A stretch of 64,000 nucleotides of DNA from NCBI GenBank assembly GCA_963771275.1, contig CAVYSW010000009.1:32001-96000 (forward strand). The letters are read 5' to 3'. Shown here piece by piece: positions 1-9,269 of the stretch (positions are counted from its first letter, which is position 1; each line of letters opens with the position of its first letter). The stretch comes from an uncultured Gemmatimonadales bacterium. Its GTDB lineage: Bacteria; Gemmatimonadota; Gemmatimonadetes; Gemmatimonadales; GWC2-71-9. Under the pieces are notes generated by a model. That model made no database searches, was not told the origin of the DNA, and worked only from the letters and a program-made list of their open reading frames with translations. A program made the translations under genes and the position numbers.

Positions 1-1987
1 GGTCGGACGACGCGATGCGGTAGTCCGCCGGCACCGTCGCCGGATCCAGCCGAAAGGCGTGACCGCCGGCCCGGACGTTCTGGAACGAGAACTTGCCGTC
101 GGCGTCGGTCGTCGCCACTTCGCCATCGTCGGTCCAGACGTCGAGGCCGGCCACGCCCGGCTCGTCGCCGCTCTGCACGCCGTCGCCGTTCCGGTCGAGC
201 CACGCCTTGCCGATTACGGCCCGGGTCTCGAGCGGCCAGCTGCTGCGCAGGCGGACCCACGCCACCTGCATCGGCGCCGTGACGCCGCCGCCTTCGGCGG
301 TCGCGTACGCGCGGTTCTCGATCACCTGCTGCTCCGCCGACACGATGGCCACCTGGTAGCGCACCGTGTGGCTGGCGCCGGGGGCGAGCGGCCCGCTCCA
401 GAAGAACGTGAGCACCCGGCCGTCCACGTGCACCGAGTCCGCGCCCAGCGCGCTCCCCGTGGCGTACCGGCCGCCCTCGGGCAGCGAGTCCACGACGCGG
501 AGATCGCCGAGCGGGTTGTCGCCGGTGTTCTGGAGCACCAGCGTGTAGGGCACGGTCTCGCCGAGCCCGACCTCGAGCACGTCGGCCGACTTCTGGAGTC
601 CGAGCTGGTTGGGCAGCAGCCCTACCAGCACGACCGGGGCGGAGAGCGCGGCCGCGGGCGGCGCGTTGGCGGCCGCGACCACCGCGACGTTGCGCACCGT
701 CACCGTGTCGCGGACCTGGTCGGAGACGCGCACCGTGAGCGCGACGCTCACGGAGTCGCCGGGCGCGACGTCGCCCATCGTCCAGGAGAGGACGCCGCCG
801 CTCACGGTAGCGGCCGGTGCGGCGGACACGAAGTCGAGGCCGGGCGGCAGCGTGTCGACCAGCGTGACAGCGCGCGCCGGCATCGTGGGCGAGCGGTTCG
901 CCGCGACGAGCGCGTAGAGCACCTGCTCGCCGATGCGCGCCGTCACGGGGCCCAGCAGGGTGTTCGCGAGGCCGAGCTGCGCGTGCACCACCGTGGTCAC
1001 GGCGGTGTTGGACGTCACCGAGTCGGCGCCGGCGAGCGTGCCGTAGACGGCCCCTGCGCGGTTGGCGATCGGCGTCTGGTCGGCGAGCCCGTTGGCGATC
1101 CGGACCTGGAAGGCGAGGGTGCCGCGCTGCCCACTCGGCAGGTCGCCGAGCGCGAACACCACGCGGTTGCCGGCCGGATCGAACCAGGCGGCGTCGTCCC
1201 CGACCGCATCGGTCAGCGCGGTGCCGCCCCACGTCAGCGACCCCGCGATGTAGGTGGCGCCCGGCGGGATCGGATCGCTGACGACCAGACTCGTTGCCGG
1301 GTTCGTCCCGCTCACGTCGCAGGTGAGCGTGTAGCTCAGCACGTCGCCCGTGGTCGCGGTGGTGCGATCCACCAGCTTGGCGAGCGTCACGAGCACACCC
1401 GCGTCCGGGACCTGCAGCACGTCGAGCACCGCGTCGGCGGCGCCGTCGAACTCGCTCACCGCCGTCACCGTCACCGTGTCGGTCGTCCCGCGGACGGTCG
1501 GGGATCCCGGCACATCCACGGCGGCGAGCACGGACGCGACCGCGCCGGCCGCGAGCGTGAGCCCCTGGATCGCGGGATCCGAGGCGTCGAGCACGCCGTC
1601 GTCGTTGAGGTCGCGGTACAGGGTCACCGCCCAGCCGGTTCGCGACACGGCCGCGAGGCGCAGGCTATCGGTCCCGTTGCCGACGTTCGTGACGGTGTGG
1701 GCGAAGACGACACGGCTGCCGGGGTTGGCCGTCGCGGCGCGCGGCGGCGCCAGGTCGACGCCACCCACCTGGGCCACGGTCACCACCAGCACGTTGGAGC
1801 GCGCGGTGAAGGTGAGTCCGTTCTCGGCCACGTAGGTAGCGTCGGCGACGTTGGAGATCTGGGTGCCCGCGGGCGTCGGGCCCTGGGCGAGCAGGTCGGT
1901 GCCGATCAGGCACAGCACGAGCGCGGCCCCGAACAACGCCATCCCGGGCCGCGACGCGCTCTGCTGGTTTCGGTGTGACCTGCTCAT
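1..1987 (-). CDS. Large secreted multi-DUF11 (TIGR01451-like) protein with SdrD-B-like domain; 3' end lies beyond the window edge
   Basis: Absent from the ORF track because it has no stop in the window. Manual translation from ATG 1987: MSRSHRNQQSASRPGMALFGAALVLCLIGTDLLAQ-GPTPAGTQISNVADATY...; repeats TLAKLVD...SDPIPPGATY...IANRA and LQKSAD...VDSLPEGGRY...IENRA; then VIGKAWLDRNGDGVQSGDEPGVAG...TTDADGKFSF (SdrD-B-like). Confidence 0.85.
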   Translation of the reverse strand, partial: MSRSHRNQQSASRPGMALFGAALVLCLIGTDLLAQGPTPAGTQISNVADATYVAENGLTFTARSNVLVVTVAQVGGVDLAPPRAATANPGSRVVFAHTVTNVGNGTDSLRLAAVSRTGWAVTLYRDLNDDGVLDASDPAIQGLTLAAGAVASVLAAVDVPGSPTVRGTTDTVTVTAVSEFDGAADAVLDVLQVPDAGVLVTLAKLVDRTTATTGDVLSYTLTCDVSGTNPATSLVVSDPIPPGATYIAGSLTWGGTALTDAVGDDAAWFDPAGNRVVFALGDLPSGQRGTLAFQVRIANGLADQTPIANRAGAVYGTLAGADSVTSNTAVTTVVHAQLGLANTLLGPVTARIGEQVLYALVAANRSPTMPARAVTLVDTLPPGLDFVSAAPAATVSGGVLSWTMGDVAPGDSVSVALTVRVSDQVRDTVTVRNVAVVAAANAPPAAALSAPVVLVGLLPNQLGLQKSADVLEVGLGETVPYTLVLQNTGDNPLGDLRVVDSLPEGGRYATGSALGADSVHVDGRVLTFFWSGPLAPGASHTVRYQVAIVSAEQQVIENRAYATAEGGGVTAPMQVAWVRLRSSWPLETRAVIGKAWLDRNGDGVQSGDEPGVAGLDVWTDDGEVATTDADGKFSFQNVRAGGHAFRLDPATVPADYRIASSD

Positions 1988-2019
1988 GGCATCCGCGCTC
2001 CAACGCACAGGCGTAAAGG

Positions 2020-2034
2020 GCACGCTACATGCCA
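2020..2034 (-). promoter_or_regulatory. sigma54 (-24/-12) promoter
   Basis: Minus strand reads TGGCATGTAGCGTGC (GG-N10-GC), about 33 bp upstream of ATG 1987, with an AT-rich tract further upstream (~2050-2090). Confidence 0.7.
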
Positions 2035-2125
2035 GCTCGTGCGCTCTGAGAAATCATCTAAAACGTTATTGATAAACGACTTAGAAACTGACGATTGGGC
2101 TACAACTCGTCCGTCACGGCCGGGG

Positions 2126-2152
2126 GTTACCATTGGTAACCGGCCTGGTAAC
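2126..2152. promoter_or_regulatory. Putative enhancer (bEBP binding site), copy 1
   Basis: GTTAC-cattg-GTAAC-cggcctg-GTAAC, about 90 bp upstream of the sigma54 site; recurs at 4460 and 7025. Confidence 0.7.
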
Positions 2153-2194
2153 GACGCTCGTGCCAGGCACTTGGGGGATCCGGTGCGGGGCGGG

Positions 2195-2249
2195 AGAAAA
2201 GACCGAGGCGGCCGCCTCCGACCCTTGAGATCGGAGAGCGACCGCCCGG
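2195..2249 (-). terminator. Probable intrinsic terminator after the 414-aa subunit gene
   Basis: Minus-strand GC-rich imperfect hairpin (GGGCGGTCGCTCTCCGATC...GGTCGGAGGCGGCCGCCT) followed by CGGTCTTTTCT. Confidence 0.55.
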
Positions 2250-2291
2250 AAGGGAGTCGAGCTGGAGGCCGCCCTCAGGCGGCGGCGCGGT

Positions 2292-3536
2292 CTAGTTCAC
2301 CCGGGCCTGGATCCAGAAGAACCGGGTCGCGCCGGCGCCGAGCGCCACTGTGAGATCGGCATCGACGTCGTTGCCGCTGTTGGCCAGCGTCCACCCGGCC
2401 GAGCCATCGTTGGCCAGCGCGAGGAACGTCAGCTCCGCCGGCAACAGATCGTCCACGTGCACGCTGGTGGCGTTCTGGTCGCCGGCGTTGGTCACGCTCA
2501 CCCGGTACCAGATCACCTCCTGCGGGACGACGCGGTCGGTCGGCCCGATCACGGTGACCTGATCGCTGCGATACACCTGCTTGGCGATGGTCACGCGCGG
2601 GCGGATCACCGTGAGGTCCACGTAGCCGTTGTCGAGCGTGGCCGGCTGCGTCACCGACCGCGCCACCAGGTAGAGCGTGTCCCGTGACCCAACCGCGACC
2701 TCGGCGACCGTGTAGGTCACGTCGATGGACACCGACCCGCCGGTGGGGATCGTCACCCGCGTGCTGTCCGGCGGACCGGCCACGCCATTCACCGTCAGGA
2801 TGCCGATCACGACCGACCCCGGACTCGACGCGAGCAGATCGAACGCCTCGGCGGCGTTGCCGGTATTGTTCACGGTGAACGTCTCGGTGTAGGCCGATGC
2901 CCCGCTCGGCAAGCGCTGGCGATTGACGCCACCGTCCGGCGTCACGGCCACCCCGTAGGCCGCGGGCGGCGAGATGTTCGTGGTCGCGGCATCGCTCATC
3001 GTGCCGTCACGCTGCGATGTCGCCGTCAGCGTGTAGCCGGTGGTCTGGCCCCCCTGGCCGGCGTTCACGTCGTAGATCACCGTGACGGTGAGCGATCCCG
3101 TGATGCCCGCCAGCGACTGCGTGAGCAGCGCCGTGTTCAGCGCCGCCACGCTCGCGTAGACGGTCCCCACGCCGTTGATCTGGTATCCGGTCACGGTGAT
3201 CACCGCGCCGTTCGAGATCGTCTCGCCGACCTGCACCGTGTCGGTGCCGTTCCCGATGTTGGCCACCGTGAACGTGATCGATTGGCCCGACGAGGGCGAC
3301 GCGGGCGTGACCGACGCCACCCCCGTCACGTCGAGACCGGCCTGGAAGCCCACCGTGACCGACACCGAGGCGCTGTCGGGCGCATACAGCCGTCCCGTCG
3401 CATCGCGGTAGTTCACGATCGCCTTGTTGGTGATGACGGTTCCCTCAGGCGTTTGCGCCCGGGCCGGGACGGTCACCATGGCCACGGCGACTGCCGCCAA
3501 CGCCACGGCGCGCATCATCCAATTCGAGTTTCTCAT
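2292..3536 (-). CDS. Secreted DUF11-family protein, 414 aa (candidate major fibre subunit)
   Basis: GGAGG RBS before ATG 3536; signal peptide ending PARA; mature start QTPEGTVITNKAIVNY; two TVxNxGN Ig-like modules; C-terminal DUF11-like domain VTIAKQV...WYRVSVTNAG...VDDLLPAELTF...WIQARVN. Confidence 0.85.
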   Translation of the reverse strand: MRNSNWMMRAVALAAVAVAMVTVPARAQTPEGTVITNKAIVNYRDATGRLYAPDSASVSVTVGFQAGLDVTGVASVTPASPSSGQSITFTVANIGNGTDTVQVGETISNGAVITVTGYQINGVGTVYASVAALNTALLTQSLAGITGSLTVTVIYDVNAGQGGQTTGYTLTATSQRDGTMSDAATTNISPPAAYGVAVTPDGGVNRQRLPSGASAYTETFTVNNTGNAAEAFDLLASSPGSVVIGILTVNGVAGPPDSTRVTIPTGGSVSIDVTYTVAEVAVGSRDTLYLVARSVTQPATLDNGYVDLTVIRPRVTIAKQVYRSDQVTVIGPTDRVVPQEVIWYRVSVTNAGDQNATSVHVDDLLPAELTFLALANDGSAGWTLANSGNDVDADLTVALGAGATRFFWIQARVN

Positions 3537-3586
3537 GTTCGCCTCCACTCTCCCCCCTCAGGTGTTTACCGTTGCTGCGTAGCGCT

Positions 3587-4123
3587 TCACCGACTGGCCG
3601 CGCTGGTATCCGGCCGCGGCTCCGCCCCAGGCAGCCGCGCCCGGAACTCGGCCGTCACCTGGGCGCCGGGCTGCACCCAGCCCTGCACGGTCCAGCGGAC
3701 ATGCGTGTAGCGTTGCACCGGGGCCGGCCGCTGCTGCGGCTTCCCGTCCACCATTACCTCGATCATCGGTTGGGCGGAGAATGTGGCTCCGCCGTCGATG
3801 GAGTACTCGATCAGCGTGTCGTCGCGATCCGTTTTCGCCGACGCGATGACGTAGCGCAGGCCGGACGGGATCGGGTCTTTCAGCTCGATGCTGCGCACTG
3901 GTGTGGCGTTCAGGTTGGTGAACACGAGCCGGTACTCCACGACATCGCCCGGCAACAGCGCGTTCGAATCGGCGAGTCCACGATGTCGCTCGTCGCCCGC
4001 CATGAGATTCACCGCGGTGATGACGAGCGCCTGCGGCTCGCGCTGTTGTGCCGCGACGCGCATCCCCGCCGCCGCCACGACCAGCCCCGCGACCAACCCC
4101 GCCTGCAGTAGTCTCGTGCTCAT
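3587..4123 (-). CDS. Small secreted single DUF11-like domain protein, 178 aa
   Basis: GGAGGAG RBS; MSTRLLQAGLVAGLVVAAAG signal; LLPGDVVEYRLVFTN...KDPIPSGLRY...YSIDGGATF...HVRW...AEFRARL. Confidence 0.85.
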   Translation of the reverse strand: MSTRLLQAGLVAGLVVAAAGMRVAAQQREPQALVITAVNLMAGDERHRGLADSNALLPGDVVEYRLVFTNLNATPVRSIELKDPIPSGLRYVIASAKTDRDDTLIEYSIDGGATFSAQPMIEVMVDGKPQQRPAPVQRYTHVRWTVQGWVQPGAQVTAEFRARLPGAEPRPDTSAASR

Positions 4124-4308
4124 GACTCGGTCTCCTCCGTGCTGCGTCGGCTGGTCCGGCCCCACTTGGCCTTGGCACGCTCCGGTGCGCCTTGCGCCTC
4201 CTGCCATGCGAACGGCACTTCGCACCCGTGGCAGATCACCCATTTGCCCGAGAAATCCCCTCGAGCGTAGTGCGTGCTCGTTCCGCAGTGTGGGCACCGC
4301 AACACCAT
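4120..4308 (-). CDS. 62-aa zinc-ribbon microprotein
   Basis: CAGGAG RBS; MVLRCPHCG...VICHGCEVPF (two CxxC pairs); TGA stop overlaps the ATG of the next gene (ATGA, 4120-4123). Confidence 0.65.
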   Translation of the reverse strand: MVLRCPHCGTSTHYARGDFSGKWVICHGCEVPFAWQEAQGAPERAKAKWGRTSRRSTEETES

Positions 4309-4347
4309 GTGCGACTCCTGTCGTCCAGCTGTTCGGCCGCTAGGGAA

Positions 4348-4362
4348 GCACGGGCCATGCCG
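4348..4362 (-). promoter_or_regulatory. sigma54 (-24/-12) promoter
   Basis: Minus strand reads CGGCATGGCCCGTGC (GG-N10-GC), 40 bp upstream of ATG 4308; AT-rich IHF-like tract at ~4380-4415. Confidence 0.7.
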
Positions 4363-4459
4363 GGTGGCGAGCATCGACCAATATCGTCGTAAGGTATTGT
4401 CATAAATCGTCTTACAGAGATGCCAACCAGGCAGACTGTCTGTCGCTGCGGGATGTCTG

Positions 4460-4486
4460 GTTACCGAAGGTAACGGCCGGGGTAAC
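4460..4486. promoter_or_regulatory. Putative enhancer, copy 2
   Basis: GTTAC-cgaag-GTAAC-ggccggg-GTAAC. Confidence 0.7.
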
Positions 4487-4517
4487 GCGAGATCGGAACC
4501 GGGCTGGTCGAAGGGGA

Positions 4518-6818
4518 CTACTTGATCCGGGCCACGTACTGGAACGTGCACGTGTTGTTGGGGGCCACCGCGCTCAGGTCGTTGAGCAGCATCCAGCGGA
4601 TCCGGTTGACGCACCCATCGTAGCCCGCCAGGGCCCCGCAGCCGAGCGACGCGGGGGTGTAGGTCCACGTCGCGCCGGCGTCGTTGGAGTACGCGACGGC
4701 GGTACTCACACCGGGCGGCAGCGTGTTCACCACCGATCCGACCTTGAACGTCACCTGCCCGGCGATCGAGTCCACCACGGTGACCGCCACGGCATCGATC
4801 GTCCCGGTGTTGACCGCGTCGATCAGATAGGTGAGATCGGTTCCCGGCGCGACGGCCCCACTGGGATTCGCGCTGCGGCTGATCGTCACTTTCGGTCCGC
4901 CGGAAATCGTGACGTCCTCACCCGTGCTCGATGCCGGAGCGTATGCGGCGCTGGTGGTGCCCGCGGCCGTGGTGCGCGCCGGATCGAGGTAGATGGCCCG
5001 CGCCGGATTCTGATAGGTGCCATTCGGCGTGGCGGCGGCGATGTTGGCGGTGAACGTGAGGCGCACGCTGCCGCCACCCGGGATGGAGAATGTGCCCCAG
5101 GTTGGGATGGCCGCCCCGACGGCAGGGTTCGTCGTGCTGGGCCGGGAGGCGCCCCCGCTGAAGACCGGCGCCGCGGTGGACGCGTAGGTGAACCCGGTCG
5201 GGAGCGTGTCGGTGATGGTGAGCGTCCGCGCCGTGTCGCGACCCGCGGCGTTCGCCACCACGACGGTATAGGTCGCCGTGGTCCCGGAGGGGGAATAGGT
5301 CACGGACGGCGTCGACGTGGTCTTCGTGACCGTGAGTGCCGGGACGCACGCGGCGCCGGCCGACGTGCCCGGAATCTGATTCGCCGTCAAGGTCGCGACG
5401 GAGGATCCGGACGCGCCGGCGGTGGCGTTGAACAGATTCCCGGGCGAAACCGTGTATCCCGGAGCACCCCCCGCGACGTCGACGGATGCCGCGCCGGAGA
5501 GCGCGACGAACCCGCCACCACCACCAGCACCGGGACCATGCGGGACCCCTCCGATGTGGGCGTTCCCGCCATCGCCGCCCCGCGCCTGGACACTGAGGCC
5601 GGCGAGCCCGCCGCTGGCGGCATACACGACGACGCTGCCGCCGGCGCCCCCGCCGCCGCCGCCGTCATTCGCGGGCGTGTTCCCCACCTGTCCATTGGCG
5701 CTGATCGCGCCGACGCCGGTCACGCTCCCGGCGCGGATCATCACGATGCCACCACCCGCGCCACCCGAGCTGGCCGTGCCCGAGGAGTTGTTGCGGGTGC
5801 CCGCTCCACCACCGCCCCCCAACACGATCAGGCTAGCGGCGGCGGGGACGCTCGCGCCCCCGCGTCCCCCCACCGCGAGATTCGAGTTCCAGGAGTTGCC
5901 GCCGCGGCCCCCCGCACCCGCATTCCCACCGCCGCCACCGCCGGAGTTCTCGTCGTTGGCGGAGGGACGTCCGTCGGTGCCACCACCCCCCGCGTTTCCC
6001 GGCGCGCCCCGCGCCGTGCTGCCGTTGGGGTATCCCTCCGTGCCGTTGTTGATCAGCGCCGCCGTCACGGGATCGACCACGTAGCGCGGCATGCCCGCGA
6101 TGCCCTCGCCCTTCGACCCGTGGAAGTTGTACGTGGCGAGGTTCCGGTAGTCGGTATTGGAACCGCCAGACCCTCCCGTGAGCCCCCGGCCGCCACCGCC
6201 GCGAAATCCCTTGGCGTCGACGCTCACCGTGCCACCGAGCGTCAACGTCCCGGCGACATCGATCGCGAGAATGCCGCCGGTGGCCCCATTCCAACCCGAC
6301 GCCGTGAGGCCGGAGCTGAGCGACGCGCTGGAGTACTGCGGGACGCGGACCACCTGATAGCGCCGCTGGCCCTGCGATCCCGTGGCCGCCGCGTTGGTGT
6401 AGGAGTAGTTCAGACCGTTCCCTGTCCCGGTTCCCCGGAAGGTGACGGTGCCGCCCGCGAGGCCGACGGTACTGGTCGCCGTCACGTACTCGTACCGGCC
6501 CGCGTTGTTGAGGCTGGTCGCCCCCGCACCGGACCCGTTGTTGGCCCCGTACGCGCTCGAGTTGGTGGAGTTGATCGCCGCGTCCTGCATCTGGATGATC
6601 AGCAGCAAATCGCCCGGCGTGATCCCCACGCTCGCCCCCGTCGCGGACCCGACCACGAGCGACGTGGCGCCCGCGGCGAGATTGGCGGTGGAGCCGGGGA
6701 AGTACGTGTTGACGATGCCGCTGAGCACGCCACCGGGACCGTCCTTGCCCGGGATGCCGCAGACCTGGGCTCCCGCCGGTGTGAGGGGCACGGACGCGAG
6801 CAGCAACGCCACCGTCAC
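4518..6818 (-). CDS. Secreted Gly-rich adhesin-like protein with C-terminal DUF11 domains (candidate fibre tip)
   Basis: Signal-like N-terminus ending PAGA-QVCG; many poly-Gly runs; complete DUF11 (LTVTKT...ITDTLPTGFTY...TPNGTYQNPA) and terminal DUF11-like domain ending FQYVARIK. Start codon uncertain: no in-frame ATG upstream of GTG 6818. Confidence 0.85.
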   Translation of the reverse strand: MTVALLLASVPLTPAGAQVCGIPGKDGPGGVLSGIVNTYFPGSTANLAAGATSLVVGSATGASVGITPGDLLLIIQMQDAAINSTNSSAYGANNGSGAGATSLNNAGRYEYVTATSTVGLAGGTVTFRGTGTGNGLNYSYTNAAATGSQGQRRYQVVRVPQYSSASLSSGLTASGWNGATGGILAIDVAGTLTLGGTVSVDAKGFRGGGGRGLTGGSGGSNTDYRNLATYNFHGSKGEGIAGMPRYVVDPVTAALINNGTEGYPNGSTARGAPGNAGGGGTDGRPSANDENSGGGGGGNAGAGGRGGNSWNSNLAVGGRGGASVPAAASLIVLGGGGGAGTRNNSSGTASSGGAGGGIVMIRAGSVTGVGAISANGQVGNTPANDGGGGGGAGGSVVVYAASGGLAGLSVQARGGDGGNAHIGGVPHGPGAGGGGGFVALSGAASVDVAGGAPGYTVSPGNLFNATAGASGSSVATLTANQIPGTSAGAACVPALTVTKTTSTPSVTYSPSGTTATYTVVVANAAGRDTARTLTITDTLPTGFTYASTAAPVFSGGASRPSTTNPAVGAAIPTWGTFSIPGGGSVRLTFTANIAAATPNGTYQNPARAIYLDPARTTAAGTTSAAYAPASSTGEDVTISGGPKVTISRSANPSGAVAPGTDLTYLIDAVNTGTIDAVAVTVVDSIAGQVTFKVGSVVNTLPPGVSTAVAYSNDAGATWTYTPASLGCGALAGYDGCVNRIRWMLLNDLSAVAPNNTCTFQYVARIK

Positions 6819-6924
6819 CTCGGCACTCAGGCGGGAGCGTCGAGGGGCCGTGACGGCGCGGACGGCACACGACCGCCAGCTCCGTTTCGCAGCTCGACGT
6901 CGCTAGTCATCCACGGGCGAGTGA

Positions 6925-6939
6925 GCAGGACATGTGCCA
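6925..6939 (-). promoter_or_regulatory. sigma54 (-24/-12) promoter
   Basis: Minus strand reads TGGCACATGTCCTGC (GG-N10-GC), upstream of the Gly-rich gene. Confidence 0.75.
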
Positions 6940-7024
6940 TGCCGCAGCACATGATAAGCTCATGCAATTCGGGCGGTTACGTGAAGTATCGCCATCCCGA
7001 CCGGCGGTACGCGATTCCTGCCCT

Positions 7025-7052
7025 GTTACCGTCACGTAACCGCGGCGGTAAC
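7025..7052. promoter_or_regulatory. Putative enhancer, copy 3
   Basis: GTTAC-cgtcac-GTAAC-cgcggcg-GTAAC. Confidence 0.65.
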
Positions 7053-7084
7053 GGTGGGGCGGCCTGGTGAGCAGCCAGCGCCGG

Positions 7085-8455
<1,371 letters not shown>

Positions 8456-8527
8456 GAGCGCAATACTTGTGCGACAGGCCAGCAATTACAAGGGCTTACG
8501 TGCCCGGGACCCCGGAGCGGGGCGGCG

Positions 8528-8911
8528 ATGGCACCTTCCGTTCGCGTGGTCGTGATCGACGATGATCGCGACCTCCGTCACCTGATCAAGCTCACCATGG
8601 AATTCACCGCCGGCTGGCAGGTCGATGTCGCCGGCGACGGGGAGGAAGGAATTGCCCTCACGCAGCGGGTCCGGCCTGATGTGGTAGTGGCAGATCTCAT
8701 GATGCCGGGGATGGATGGGTACGAGGTCTGCCGCCGCCTCCGGACGGACCCCGCCACCGCGGGAATCCCCGTCATCGTCCTGACGGCCCGCAAGAAAATT
8801 GACGCCGCGCGGCTGACGGAGGCCGGCGCGGCCGGCGTGCTGTTCAAGCCGTTCGAGCCCGACGAGCTCACGACCAGCATCCTGAAATTCATCCGTCCAC
8901 CCGATGCCTGA
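8528..8911 (+). CDS. Single-domain response regulator (REC)
   Basis: MAPSVRVVVIDDD...VVADLMMPGMDG...VLTA...FKPF. Confidence 0.9.
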   Translation: MAPSVRVVVIDDDRDLRHLIKLTMEFTAGWQVDVAGDGEEGIALTQRVRPDVVVADLMMPGMDGYEVCRRLRTDPATAGIPVIVLTARKKIDAARLTEAGAAGVLFKPFEPDELTTSILKFIRPPDA

Positions 8912-9269
8912 GCTACCAATCCCGGCTGATCGCGCGGCCGCACGGCAGGCCCTGGACCGGGAGTTTGCCGCCGGTCTGAGCGAGCGGACCGCGGTGCTCC
9001 GGGCCGCGCTCGCGGCGTGCGCGGACGTGTTCGCGGCGGCCGAGGTCGAGGCACTCTACTACCGCGCACACGCCCTGAAGGGCACGGCGGCGGCGTATGG
9101 GGCCGATGAGCTGGTGGAGCCGGCGGCCCGCCTCGCCGGCATCGGACGCGGCTGGCTGGAGCGGCGGGCCACCGTCGCCAGTGAGCGCGCCGCGGCCGTT
9201 GCGGCACTCGGCGACCTGGAAGCCGCCGTGGCCAGCTACCGCACCCGGATCGGCGCCACCACCCTGTGA
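8904..9269 (+). CDS. Stand-alone Hpt phosphotransfer protein
   Basis: AHALKGTAAAYGA matches the Hpt HxLKG motif; overlaps both neighbours. Confidence 0.85.
   Translation: MPELPIPADRAAARQALDREFAAGLSERTAVLRAALAACADVFAAAEVEALYYRAHALKGTAAAYGADELVEPAARLAGIGRGWLERRATVASERAAAVAALGDLEAAVASYRTRIGATTL

Noticed and set aside
59..1978. 639-aa plus-strand ORF
   Set aside because: Antisense shadow of the minus-strand DUF11 gene. It has Arg/Gly/His-rich nonsense composition typical of high-GC DNA, as do most other long overlapping ORFs in the track.
2151..2166. TGGCACG -24-like element on the minus strand
   Set aside because: No GC at the -12 position (reads GT); the site at 2020-2034 fits better.
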